Source: an uncultured Gammaproteobacteria bacterium
GTDB lineage: Bacteria; Patescibacteriota; Microgenomatia; Levybacterales; UBA12049
Direction of reading: 5' to 3'
DNA: 36,736 bases
NCBI GenBank assembly: GCA_964406285.1
Contig: CAYORA010000004.1
Span: 1 to 36,736, forward strand
Made by a program: the position numbers and the translations under genes. Under the pieces are notes generated by a model, which made no database searches, had not been told where the DNA came from, and saw only the letters and a list, made by a program, of their open reading frames with translations. Positions 1 to 8,860 of this stretch are shown one piece after another (the stretch's first letter is position 1; every line of letters begins with the position of its first letter).

Positions 1-1998
1 CTTCTGGTATGGCGTGATTTCATCATTCCAATTTTTACGACAACTCTAACAACTGTTTGGGCATTTATTCCGCTTTTACTTTCATCTGGAATTATCGGAG
101 AATTCATAAAACCAATTCCTATTGTAGTGTCAGCAACACTTCTCGCTTCGTTCTTTGTAGCTATGTTTATTACCCTTCCGGTCATAGCTTACCTATTAAG
201 GCCAAAATTACCCAAGAGGGTAACAGTTTTACTCGGAATTTTGATTGTGATTGGTTTGGCTGGTTTTCTAATCGCTATTTCTGGAAGAACACCATTATTA
301 CTCTTTGAGTTTATAGTTTTTGGTATTTTTCTTTTTCTGCTTTATAAGCTTAGGGAAATCGCATTTAGAGGATATGAAAATAGAATTTCAAAACCTTCAA
401 GAAAATATAGAAAATATTTTGACCAGGGATTAATAAGTTTTGAGATTTTATCAATAAGATATCAAGCGCTAATCACAAAAATTCTCTCTTCGGGAAGATG
501 GCTAAGGGTAACAGTAATATTGGTCGTAATATTTTCAATCTTTTCATATTTACTTGTGCCGTTTGGATTCGTAAAAAATGAATTTTTTCCTAAGACTGAC
601 TCTGACCAGTTAAGTGTCTCAATAGAGCTTCCACCAGGAACAAATGTAGAAACTTCTAAAAAAGAAGCATTGTCTATTTTTTCAAAACTACAAAAACAGG
701 AAGATGTTGAGACCGTATCTCTTAATTTAGGACAAGCTCCTGATGAATTCGGTGGAGCTGGTGGGGCAGAAGCAAATAATTTCTTGTTTACCTTGGTATT
801 TGAAGAAGATAAGAAGAAAAGTTCATTTGAAATTGCTCAAGACATTAGAGATGAATTTTCAAACTATTCAAAAGGAAAATTTTCGGTGAATGAATCAAGC
901 GGTGGTCCTCCAGCTGGAGCAGATGTGCAAATAAAGTTATTAGGAAATGATTTAGCTCTTTTAGATAAGTATGCTGATGAAATTGTGAAATATTTGGAAT
1001 CTGAACCAGGGGCTAATAATGTAAATAAATCCATAAAACCGGGAACAAGTAAAATCACATTTATTCCTGACAGGCAAAAGCTTGCAGAAAACTCAGTTTC
1101 TACAGAGCAAATAGGTCTTACGCTTCGCACTTATGCAAGTGGATTTGAATTATCCAGTGTAAAATTTGATACTGAATCAACGGATGAGGAAGATATATCT
1201 TTAAGATTCTCAGAAGGAACGCAATTTGTTGAGAACATTGACGAGCTTCTAATTATAAATCCTGTAACTTTTGAGCAAATACCATTAACCTCTTTAGGAC
1301 GACTGGAGTTGGCAACGAGTCCTACTCTAATAACCCGAGAAGATGCTAAGAGATCGATCTCAATTACAGCTTCTGTTAAAAATGGTTACTCAATTCAAGA
1401 TGTGAACAAAGAACTTGAACAATACGCAAATACACTTGATCTTCCGTCAGGATATTCATGGAAAACAGGAGGAGTTAATGAAGAAAACCAGGAATCAGTA
1501 AATTCCATATTTACCGCAATGATCCTTTCATTCCTGTTGATTTTAGTAACCATGGTTTTACAGTTCTCATCCTTCAGAAAAGCTTTAATAGTTCTTTTAG
1601 TTATTCCGCTTTCAATTTCCGGAGTATTTATAATCTTTGCACTAACCAATACTCCACTTTCGTTCCCAGCGCTCATTGGAGTATTAGCGTTATTTGGAAT
1701 TGTTGTAAAGAATTCAATTTTAATTGTAGATAAGATTCAGGCGAACGAAAAAACAAAAATGAGTTTTATTGAGGGAATTGCAGAGGGAGCGGCAAGCAGG
1801 CTTGAGGCGATTGCATTAACTTCATTAACTGCGATTTTAGGATTAACTCCAATTACTCTTTCAGATCCTTTATGGAGAGGTCTCGGAGGAGCAATAATCG
1901 CAGGTCTTACTTTTTCTGGGACTATAATGCTTTTCTTTATACCAGTGGTTTATTATCTAACTTTTAGATCTAGCCAAAAAAGGAAAAAACTTTCTTAA
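1..1998 (+). CDS. RND (AcrB/HAE-type) transporter, 5'-truncated by the window edge
   Basis: Frame 1 is open from base 1 (LLVWRDFIIPIFTTTLTTVWAFIPLL...), so track ORF 127..1998 (GTG) is only part of a gene that begins upstream. RND-type TM motifs are present: PLSISGVFIIFALTN...GVLALFGIVVKNSILIVD and GAASRLEAIALTSLTAILGLTPITL. Stop TAA 1996-1998. Confidence 0.85.
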   Translation, partial: LLVWRDFIIPIFTTTLTTVWAFIPLLLSSGIIGEFIKPIPIVVSATLLASFFVAMFITLPVIAYLLRPKLPKRVTVLLGILIVIGLAGFLIAISGRTPLLLFEFIVFGIFLFLLYKLREIAFRGYENRISKPSRKYRKYFDQGLISFEILSIRYQALITKILSSGRWLRVTVILVVIFSIFSYLLVPFGFVKNEFFPKTDSDQLSVSIELPPGTNVETSKKEALSIFSKLQKQEDVETVSLNLGQAPDEFGGAGGAEANNFLFTLVFEEDKKKSSFEIAQDIRDEFSNYSKGKFSVNESSGGPPAGADVQIKLLGNDLALLDKYADEIVKYLESEPGANNVNKSIKPGTSKITFIPDRQKLAENSVSTEQIGLTLRTYASGFELSSVKFDTESTDEEDISLRFSEGTQFVENIDELLIINPVTFEQIPLTSLGRLELATSPTLITREDAKRSISITASVKNGYSIQDVNKELEQYANTLDLPSGYSWKTGGVNEENQESVNSIFTAMILSFLLILVTMVLQFSSFRKALIVLLVIPLSISGVFIIFALTNTPLSFPALIGVLALFGIVVKNSILIVDKIQANEKTKMSFIEGIAEGAASRLEAIALTSLTAILGLTPITLSDPLWRGLGGAIIAGLTFSGTIMLFFIPVVYYLTFRSSQKRKKLS

Positions 1999-2398
1999 TT
2001 AAATCTTCGATTTCTTTAATTAAGCTTTTTTCTTCTCCTACAAATTCAATTGATTTTTCCAAATTATCATTTATATTATCGTTATCCCTATCTTCATTAA
2101 TCGTAGGGGTAGGTGTTCCGGAAGTAGTTGGATTTGATGATCCTGTGATTTGAATGACCTGACCATTCACTTTTATAGTATGCTCGTCATTAACTGCGTC
2201 TACTTCAATACTTCCAGGTGTGTCAGATGTGTAATTTGTTTTCTTTCCGTTAGTTTCAACTGTGATATCGGTATGGGATTTTAAATCGTCATTAGAAGAA
2301 TTAGTATCACTATTAACATTCACATTAACCCTGCTCTCTGCATAAGCGGGTGTAGCAATTAGCAGGAGTAGCAGGCCTAAAAGAGCAGTTTTAATCAT
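1970..2398 (-). CDS. small secreted protein of unknown function (Asn/Asp/Thr-rich, S/T/P tract)
   Basis: ATG at 2398 gives a classic signal peptide, MIKTALLGLLLLLIATPAYA|ESR. The GTG at 2419 in the ORF track lies inside a TGtTATAAT box, so 2398 is preferred. I recognise no family. The gene overlaps the RND 3' end by 29 nt, convergently. Confidence 0.6.
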   Translation of the reverse strand: MIKTALLGLLLLLIATPAYAESRVNVNVNSDTNSSNDDLKSHTDITVETNGKKTNYTSDTPGSIEVDAVNDEHTIKVNGQVIQITGSSNPTTSGTPTPTINEDRDNDNINDNLEKSIEFVGEEKSLIKEIEDLIKKVFSFFG

Positions 2399-2407
2399 CG
2401 GAAAACC

Positions 2408-2416
2408 ATTATAACA
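2408..2416 (-). promoter_or_regulatory. extended -10 box TGtTATAAT, 9 nt upstream of ATG 2398 (leaderless configuration)
   Basis: The minus strand reads gtgTGTTATAATggttttccgATG. Confidence 0.5.
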
Positions 2417-2438
2417 CACTATGCAAATAGAGATTTTT

Positions 2439-2447
2439 TGCTATAAT
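2439..2447 (+). promoter_or_regulatory. extended -10 box TGcTATAAT, 8 nt upstream of ATG 2456 (leaderless configuration)
   Basis: tttTGCTATAATttctttttATG. Confidence 0.5.
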
Positions 2448-2455
2448 TTCTTTTT

Positions 2456-3037
2456 ATGAATTATCTAAACGGACGAATTATTTTATTTGGAATTGTCTGT
2501 TTTTTAATTATCGGAGGTGTGATAGTATACACAAAGAACAATATAACACCGAGCAAAGAAGAGAGTGAAAAACAACAGCTTTCAAATTTTGGGAATCCTC
2601 AAGCGGTTATTTCTCAAAGCGAAAGCCCAATTGAAATGCAGTCAGGACGAGCAACAGCTGTTCCGACTCAAGCTAGCACTCAAATTCAAGCTCAAACACA
2701 AACTATGCAAAATGTAACTGAATTAAAAATTGAAGATATTAAAGTTGGAACTGGCGATGAGGTAAAAAGCGGAGACACAGTCGAGGTAAATTATCTTGGA
2801 ACATTTTTAGATGGAAGAAAATTTGATAGCTCGTATGATAGGAACCAGACTTTTAGCTTTAGCGTAGGAGCTGGAGAAGTAATACAGGGTTGGGATCAAG
2901 GGTTATTGGGAATGAAAGTGGGAGGAAAAAGAAAGCTTCTTATTCCTTCGGATTTAGCATATGGAGAAAGAGGCGCTGGTTCTATTCCTCCAAATACTCC
3001 TCTAGCTTTTGAAGTAGAGCTAGTAAAAATCAATTAA
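2456..3037 (+). CDS. membrane-anchored FKBP-type peptidyl-prolyl cis-trans isomerase
   Basis: N-terminal TM helix (IILFGIVCFLIIGGVIVY), a Q/T/S-rich linker, then an FKBP domain: VEVNYLGTFLDGRKFDSSYDRNQTFSFSVGAGEVIQGWDQGLLGMKVGGKRKLLIPSDLAYGERG...LAFEVELVKI. Confidence 0.9.
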   Translation: MNYLNGRIILFGIVCFLIIGGVIVYTKNNITPSKEESEKQQLSNFGNPQAVISQSESPIEMQSGRATAVPTQASTQIQAQTQTMQNVTELKIEDIKVGTGDEVKSGDTVEVNYLGTFLDGRKFDSSYDRNQTFSFSVGAGEVIQGWDQGLLGMKVGGKRKLLIPSDLAYGERGAGSIPPNTPLAFEVELVKIN

Positions 3038-3059
3038 GCTTTTTTAAAAACCTCTTTTT

Positions 3060-3068
3060 TGATACGAT
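3060..3068 (+). promoter_or_regulatory. extended -10-like box TGaTACGAT, 6 nt upstream of GTG 3075
   Basis: ttTGATACGATtaaataGTG. Confidence 0.35.
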
Positions 3069-3074
3069 TAAATA

Positions 3075-3524
3075 GTGAAAAGATTGTTCTTGCTGTCCTT
3101 CATTTTCCTGTTCGCATTCATGACATTTGTTACTCCGGTTAAGGCGCAGATAATAACCTCTGAAAAACTGATTACAATTGACACTTCTAAACAAATGCTT
3201 TACGTATGGGATGGTGGCCGGTTAATAAATCAAAGTCCCGTGAGTACAGGCATGTACTATACGCCGACGGTTAAAGGGGATTTTCGAATTTATAAAAAAT
3301 ATGAAAAACAAAATATGAGTGGAAGCTATCCACCATACCCGCCATATTTTTTAAAAGATGTTCCATATGTAATGTATTTTCATAAAGCTTATGCATTACA
3401 CGGCGCTTTTTGGCATAACAAATTTGGAACAAGAGTAAGTCATGGATGCGTCAATCAACCCGTCGCATTTTCCAAATGGTTATTTGAGTGGGCTCCAATG
3501 GGGACTAGAGTGATGGTTTTTTAA
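3075..3524 (+). CDS. L,D-transpeptidase (YkuD domain), secreted
   Basis: GTG start gives the signal peptide MKRLFLLSFIFLFAFMTFVTPVKA|Q. YkuD catalytic motif HG...SHGCVN is present (ALHGAFWHNKFGTRVSHGCVNQP). Confidence 0.85.
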   Translation: MKRLFLLSFIFLFAFMTFVTPVKAQIITSEKLITIDTSKQMLYVWDGGRLINQSPVSTGMYYTPTVKGDFRIYKKYEKQNMSGSYPPYPPYFLKDVPYVMYFHKAYALHGAFWHNKFGTRVSHGCVNQPVAFSKWLFEWAPMGTRVMVF

Positions 3525-3525
3525 T

Positions 3526-4131
3526 ATGAAGAAAATTCAATTAAATACTCCGTATCTCTCTAAATTTTTTATTTTATTTTTTCTATTTTTATTTCTCGTT
3601 TTTAATGCTAACAACAGTAATATTTCAAAAAGAATTTATTTAAGAGAAGACGGGTCAATTATTGAGAAAAATATTAAAGTCTATCCTACCCAGCCACCTT
3701 TTGACTGGTCGGTTGAGAAAGTTGATGAGCACATAACTAAAATTAATTTGCCACCAGATCCTCGAATGTCTACGCCAGAAGAGCTAAATACTGCCATGAA
3801 TGACTATAGGAAAGCGCATAATGTACAACAGGTCACAAAGAATGATTTACTTTGTGATATTGCTCAAAAAAGGGCAGAGGAGCAGCTCGCAAACGGAGGG
3901 CTTGATGGTCATGCTGGCTTTAACAAATATGGAGAAAATCAAGACGAATTTTTTAGGATGGGTGAGGTTTTATTCGGAGGAGTACAACCGCAGTACGGCG
4001 TACATATCGTAGAGTATGGGTGGGATAGATCGCTAACAGGACATAAAGAAGCAATTCAAAATCCTTCATGGAATCATGGCTGCGGTGGGATAGCAGGCTA
4101 TTACGCAGTATTCATTTTTGGTACAAGATAG
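3526..4131 (+). CDS. CAP/SCP (YkwD-like) domain protein with N-terminal membrane anchor
   Basis: N-terminal hydrophobic anchor. The C-terminal region resembles CAP domains (NDYRKAHNV...LCDIAQKRAEEQL...GHAGF...GHKEAIQNPSWNHGCGG). ATG lies 1 nt after the upstream stop. The family call is tentative. Confidence 0.55.
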   Translation: MKKIQLNTPYLSKFFILFFLFLFLVFNANNSNISKRIYLREDGSIIEKNIKVYPTQPPFDWSVEKVDEHITKINLPPDPRMSTPEELNTAMNDYRKAHNVQQVTKNDLLCDIAQKRAEEQLANGGLDGHAGFNKYGENQDEFFRMGEVLFGGVQPQYGVHIVEYGWDRSLTGHKEAIQNPSWNHGCGGIAGYYAVFIFGTR

Positions 4132-4135
4132 GTTG

Positions 4136-7042
4136 ATGCAGAGGCTGAATTCAGGTACAATTAGCTTTATGTTTAAGCCTGTAACGCCAAGTGTAAATTT
4201 TCCAGAAATTGAGGAAGAAATTCTTAAATTTTGGAAAGACAACAATATATTTGAAAAGTCTGTCGAGAAAGACGCGCCTAATGGCGACTGGACATTTCTA
4301 GATGGTCCTCCTTTTGTAACTGGAATGCCTCATTACGGACATTTACTTGGAAGTATTCACAAGGATGTGTTTGGGCGTTTCTACACTATGAAAGGTTATA
4401 GAGTGCGTCGTGTTTGGGGATGGGATGGACACGGATTACCAGTTGAGAATAAAGTTGAGAATCAGCTTGAGATAAAAAGAAAAAAGGATATCGAAGATGT
4501 GGTTGGGGTTAAAAAATTTATTGAAGAATGTAAAAAATATGTAGAGCAAATTTCTGGAGAATGGGAGTGGTATGTTGATCATATTGGCCGCTGGGTTGAC
4601 TTTAAAAACGCATATAAGACTTGGGACACTCCTTATATGGAATCTGTTATGTGGGTATTTAAACAGATGTATGCTAGAAAACACATATATAAAGGTCTTA
4701 AGGTTACACTTTTTTGCCCTCATTGTTCAACTCCAATTTCTAATTTTGAAGTTGCGATGGATGCAGATAATTATAAAGATACAAAAGACCAGGGAACCAC
4801 ATATAAATACGAATTAAAAGATGAACCGGGAACATTTATTTTAGCCTGGTCTACAACTCCATGGAATAAGATCGTGACTCCAGCGCTCGCTGTAAATCCA
4901 AAACTTACTTACGTAAAGGTAGAACAAAATGGAGAAAAATATATTCTTGCAAAAACCACAGTTAAGATTTTGAGCGACGCAAATACATATAAAATAGTTG
5001 ATGAATTTAAAGGAAATAAATTGGTTGGTTTGAAATTCACGCCACATTACGACTATTACAAAGACAAGATTGCAGAAGGGGAAAAAGCTTTCGAAATAAT
5101 CGGTGGAGAATTTGTAACCGCAGAAGAGGGAACTGGAGTAGTAACAATTGCTGCTTACGGAGAAGAAGATTTGAAGGCAATGAATGAAAACAAAGTCCAT
5201 ATAGAAATTCATTTGGATGAAGAAGGAAATGTAAAAGAGAATGTGCCTTTGTTTGGTGGTATGTATTATCTTAAGGCAAATAAAGCAGTTAATGAAGACC
5301 TATCAAGTCGTGGTTTAATTTATAAAGACGAAGAAATCACTCACTCAGTGCCTCTTTGCTGGAGATGTCACACACGACTCTACTATGCGCCGATTAACGC
5401 ATGGTATGTAAATGTTCAAAATATTAAAGAACAGCTTATAAAAACTAACGAAGAAATTAATTGGTTCCCAAAGCATTTTAAGCATGGAAGATTTTTGAAA
5501 AGTCTTGAAAATGCACCTGACTGGAATATTTCAAGGAATAGATATTGGGGAAGCCCAGTTCCTGTTTGGGAATGCGAATGCGGGGAGAGATTTGTTCCTG
5601 GTTCTATTGAAGAATTAGAAAAAGAAAGTTCTCAAAAAGTTACAAATTTACATAAGCCGGATATTGATGAAATAGAAATTGATTGTAAAAAATGCGGCAA
5701 GAAAGTTAAAAGAGTTCCAGAAGTTTTGGATAGCTGGATAGAGGCGGGATCAGCTTCCTTTGCAGAGCGTCATTATCCGTTTGAGAATAACCAAAAATTA
5801 GAAGATTTTTTTCCACCAGATTTTATCGCAGAATATACAGGACAAATTAGAGCTTGGTTTTATGTTCTTCATGTAATTGGAGTTGCTTTATATAAATCGA
5901 AAGCATTTAAAAATGTAGGTGTTGAGGGGGTAATCCTTGGAACGGATGGGAGGAAGATGAGTAAAAACCTTGGAAACTATCCAGATCCAAAGGAACTTTT
6001 AAATAAATATGGGGGAGACGCGCTAAGATTTTATTTAATGTCCTCGCCAATTATGAACGGGGAAGATATCATAATTTCTGAAGAACAATATCGTCAACAA
6101 GTTAAAGGTTTGCTCCTAATCCTTTGGAATACTTATAACTTTTTTGTAAGTTATGCAAATGTGGATGAATGGAAAGTTGAAAATAAAAAGTTAGATTCTG
6201 AAAACGTTTTAGATAAATGGATTCTTTCGCTTTTAAACAAGTTGATAGGAGAAGTCACTAGAGATCTAGACAATTTTGATACAGTTTCTACGATTACAAA
6301 TATTGGTAAATTCATTAACGATTTTTCAACTTGGTACATAAGAAGAAGCAGGAATAGAGCAGGTGCTTCAGCCCTTGATGAAAAAGACAAAAACAATTTT
6401 TATTCAACGACTCATGAAGTTTTAGTTACCATTTGTAAAATTTTAGCTCCTATTGCACCGTTTATAGTTGAAGAGATGTATAAAAATCTAACAGAAGAGG
6501 ACTCTGTGCATTTAACTAATTGGCCTAAAGAGGGGGATTATGATTCAAGTCTAATTTATGACATGGAATTTGTTCGTTCAATTGTAGAGCGAATTCACGC
6601 AATTAGAAAAGAAAAAGGAATAAAAGTAAGACAGCCACTTTCTAGAATTGGTTTTTTTGGTGAACCAATTAAGGAAAAAGAAAATCTTAAGTTATATGAA
6701 AAAATTATTCAAGATGAATTAAATATTAAAAGCATCGATTACATGAATTATTCTGATATGCCAAAAGGTGAAGGGATAGTTGATGCAACAGAAAATGATG
6801 ACTATAAAAAACGAATAGGATTATTTTTAGACACACATATTACTGATGAATTAAGAGTAGAAGGGGAAGCAAGGGACATCGTAAGAATGATTCAAGAGGA
6901 GAGAAAAAAGATAGGAACAAGTCTAAGTGAAAAAGTTGATGTGAGTTTGCCTGACTGGCCTAATGAGTTTGAGAATGAAATAAAAAGAAAAGCTTTAATA
7001 AATAATTTGACAAAGGGCGAATTTAAAGTTACAAAAGTGTAA
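4136..7042 (+). CDS. ileS: isoleucyl-tRNA synthetase (looks like the type 2, eukaryote-like form)
   Basis: HIGH motif PHYGHLL in FLDGPPFVTGMPHYGHLLGSIHKD, GWDGHGLPVE, KMSKS motif KMSKNLGNYPDP followed by YGGDALRFYLMSSP, and CxxC pairs in the editing/CP region. First ATG is 4136 (the track TTG at 4118 overlaps the upstream gene); ATG 4169 is an alternative start. Confidence 0.93.
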   Translation: MQRLNSGTISFMFKPVTPSVNFPEIEEEILKFWKDNNIFEKSVEKDAPNGDWTFLDGPPFVTGMPHYGHLLGSIHKDVFGRFYTMKGYRVRRVWGWDGHGLPVENKVENQLEIKRKKDIEDVVGVKKFIEECKKYVEQISGEWEWYVDHIGRWVDFKNAYKTWDTPYMESVMWVFKQMYARKHIYKGLKVTLFCPHCSTPISNFEVAMDADNYKDTKDQGTTYKYELKDEPGTFILAWSTTPWNKIVTPALAVNPKLTYVKVEQNGEKYILAKTTVKILSDANTYKIVDEFKGNKLVGLKFTPHYDYYKDKIAEGEKAFEIIGGEFVTAEEGTGVVTIAAYGEEDLKAMNENKVHIEIHLDEEGNVKENVPLFGGMYYLKANKAVNEDLSSRGLIYKDEEITHSVPLCWRCHTRLYYAPINAWYVNVQNIKEQLIKTNEEINWFPKHFKHGRFLKSLENAPDWNISRNRYWGSPVPVWECECGERFVPGSIEELEKESSQKVTNLHKPDIDEIEIDCKKCGKKVKRVPEVLDSWIEAGSASFAERHYPFENNQKLEDFFPPDFIAEYTGQIRAWFYVLHVIGVALYKSKAFKNVGVEGVILGTDGRKMSKNLGNYPDPKELLNKYGGDALRFYLMSSPIMNGEDIIISEEQYRQQVKGLLLILWNTYNFFVSYANVDEWKVENKKLDSENVLDKWILSLLNKLIGEVTRDLDNFDTVSTITNIGKFINDFSTWYIRRSRNRAGASALDEKDKNNFYSTTHEVLVTICKILAPIAPFIVEEMYKNLTEEDSVHLTNWPKEGDYDSSLIYDMEFVRSIVERIHAIRKEKGIKVRQPLSRIGFFGEPIKEKENLKLYEKIIQDELNIKSIDYMNYSDMPKGEGIVDATENDDYKKRIGLFLDTHITDELRVEGEARDIVRMIQEERKKIGTSLSEKVDVSLPDWPNEFENEIKRKALINNLTKGEFKVTKV

Positions 7043-8121
7043 TGAAGTTTTTCTCACTGTCCTCAATTGACTGGCTCCTCTTGATCGCTGTTGGAGTTCT
7101 TGTAACATTTAGTCTTGTTTCTCTATTTTCAGTCGACTTTGCAATTTTTAAAAGTCAATTAATTTTTACAATTCTTTCTGTAGTAGTGTTTTTTATTTTC
7201 TCCCAGCTAAATCCCTCAATATTTAAAAACTACGCGATTCCAATTTATATTGGATCAATTATTCTTTTGACAGCGGTATTATTTTTAGGAGTTGAAAGCA
7301 GGGGGAGCGTTAGATGGTTTACAATTTTTGGAGTAGGAATTCAGTTCTCGGAACTTTTAAAACCATTCTTAGCGATTTCCATAGCGTCATATCTTTCAAA
7401 TCTTAAATCTTACTCTTTTAAATCATTTCTTGCGTCTCTTGGGTTTATGTTCCCAATTGCTCTTCTAATTTTCTTTCAACCTGACTTGGGAAATGCGCTT
7501 ATTTATGTTTTCGTGACCATGGGGCTTTTATTGATCTACGGTTATCCGTTTAAATGGTTTTTTGCGGGATTTCTAATGTGGCTTGCAAGTCTTCCTTTTC
7601 TTTGGGTATTACTGCATGAATACCAGAGGCAGCGTGTATTAACTTTCTTAAATCCATCCAGAGATCCTCTTGGGACAAGCTATAATGCGATTCAAGCTGT
7701 GATTGCTGTGGGCTCGGGAATGTTTATAGGACGTGGGCTTGGTCAGGGAACACAGGTTGAATTACGATTTTTACCTGAAAGACATACTGACTTTATCTTT
7801 GCGACAATTTCAGAAGAACTGGGATTTATAGGCTCAATAATAATTATTTTGGCATTTGCATTTATATTTTTTAGACTTTTTATAATAATCAAAAATGCAG
7901 AAGATAAGTTTTCTAAAATGTTTGCTGTAACAGCATTCTTTTTAATATTTGTACACTTTTTTGTAAACGTTGGAATGAACATAGGAATCGTTCCCATTGT
8001 GGGAGTTACTCTTCCATTTGTCTCGTATGGAGGTAGTTCGCTTTTATCTAACTTTATTCTGCTTGGGCTCTTGTTTGCGCTTAATAAAGGAAAAAGGCGA
8101 GAAGTATTGGAAATACGCTAG
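7042..8121 (+). CDS. SEDS-family peptidoglycan glycosyltransferase (RodA/FtsW)
   Basis: Polytopic protein with SEDS motifs: QPDLGNALIY, RVLTFLNPSRDPLGTSYNAIQAVIAVGSG...GRGLGQG, LPERHTDFIFATISEELGFIG, LPFVSYGGSS. ATG shares one base with the ileS stop (TAATG). Confidence 0.88.
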   Translation: MKFFSLSSIDWLLLIAVGVLVTFSLVSLFSVDFAIFKSQLIFTILSVVVFFIFSQLNPSIFKNYAIPIYIGSIILLTAVLFLGVESRGSVRWFTIFGVGIQFSELLKPFLAISIASYLSNLKSYSFKSFLASLGFMFPIALLIFFQPDLGNALIYVFVTMGLLLIYGYPFKWFFAGFLMWLASLPFLWVLLHEYQRQRVLTFLNPSRDPLGTSYNAIQAVIAVGSGMFIGRGLGQGTQVELRFLPERHTDFIFATISEELGFIGSIIIILAFAFIFFRLFIIIKNAEDKFSKMFAVTAFFLIFVHFFVNVGMNIGIVPIVGVTLPFVSYGGSSLLSNFILLGLLFALNKGKRREVLEIR

Positions 8122-8135
8122 GTTTTTGGTATAAT
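8107..8135 (+). promoter_or_regulatory. promoter TTGGAA-N17-(TGg)TATAAT, 8 nt upstream of rplU ATG 8144 (leaderless configuration)
   Basis: -35 at 8107-8112, 17-nt spacer ending in TGg, -10 at 8130-8135. The promoter lies in the 3' end of the SEDS gene. Confidence 0.55.
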
Positions 8136-8143
8136 TTATAGCT

Positions 8144-8524
8144 ATGCAATACGCGGTAATCAAATCAGGAGGAAAACAATATAAAGTAAGCGCTGGAGAT
8201 ACTCTTACAGTCGATAAGATTGATCTGGCAGGCAAAAAGAATTTTGCATTCGAAGAAGTACTTTTATTTGTTAATGATGGTAAAGTAACCTTAGGAAAGC
8301 CAAGCATTAAAGGTGCAGTTGTAACTGCAGCTTTAGTCGATCAAGTAAAGGGAGACAAGGTTAGAGTTGCAAAATTTAAAGCTAAATCTAGATACAGAAA
8401 AGTTATGGGCTTTAGACCACAGCACACAGTTTTGAAAATAGAAAAAATTGAAGTTGGAGGCACAAAAGTTACTGAAAAAGCCGAGAAAACAAGTAAAACT
8501 GCCCCAACTGAACCAAAAAAGTAG
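8144..8524 (+). CDS. rplU: 50S ribosomal protein L21 with Lys-rich C-terminal tail
   Basis: MQYAVIKSGGKQYKV...KFKAKSRYRKVMGFRPQHTVLKIEKI is a canonical L21 core. About 25 extra residues follow at the C-terminus (GGTKVTEKAEKTSKTAPTEPKK). Confidence 0.93.
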   Translation: MQYAVIKSGGKQYKVSAGDTLTVDKIDLAGKKNFAFEEVLLFVNDGKVTLGKPSIKGAVVTAALVDQVKGDKVRVAKFKAKSRYRKVMGFRPQHTVLKIEKIEVGGTKVTEKAEKTSKTAPTEPKK

Positions 8525-8545
8525 AGAAAGATCTACTTTGACTTA

Positions 8546-8574
8546 TTGACCTTTGTGAAAATTAAAGATAAAAT
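8546..8574 (+). promoter_or_regulatory. promoter TTGACC-N17-TAAAAT upstream of rpmA
   Basis: -35 at 8546-8551, -10 at 8569-8574, ATG at 8606. Confidence 0.5.
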
Positions 8575-8593
8575 CTTATAAGTTTTCACAAGA
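8551..8593. repeat. imperfect inverted repeat (TGTGAAAA ... TTTTCACA, with inner AAGAT/ATCTT) spanning the rpmA promoter -10
   Basis: 8554-8561 tgtgaaaa pairs with 8583-8590 ttttcaca. The inner aagat/atctt pair flanks an aaa loop. Flanking ctt/aag extend the repeat with one bulge. Confidence 0.45.
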
Positions 8594-8605
8594 CTATAAA
8601 CCTAT

Positions 8606-8857
8606 ATGGCACATACAAAAGCACAAGGATCGGTTAAAGGAAATAGAGACTCGAAGTCAAAGCGCTTAGGCGTAAAATTATTTGCTGGCCAAAAAGCTAC
8701 ACCAGGAAATATTATCGTAAGACAGCGCGGATCAAAGGTATTTCCAGGAGTTGGAGTTTCTATGGGAAAAGACTATACACTTTTCGCAGTAGCAAACGGA
8801 ACTATTGAATTTATAACTAAAAGAGGAAAAAAATTAGTTCAAGTCGTTACAAAATAG
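8606..8857 (+). CDS. rpmA: 50S ribosomal protein L27
   Basis: [29 protein letters not shown]...[13 protein letters not shown] is canonical L27. There is no Firmicute-type cleavable N-terminal extension. Confidence 0.95.
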   Translation: MAHTKAQGSVKGNRDSKSKRLGVKLFAGQKATPGNIIVRQRGSKVFPGVGVSMGKDYTLFAVANGTIEFITKRGKKLVQVVTK

Positions 8858-8860
8858 TAA

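Noticed and set aside
4118-4135. TTG start at 4118 for ileS, as given in the ORF track.
   Set aside because: It overlaps the upstream gene's last codons and adds residues not seen at IleRS N-termini. ATG 4136 (or 4169) lies just upstream of the conserved FPEIEEEILKFWK region.
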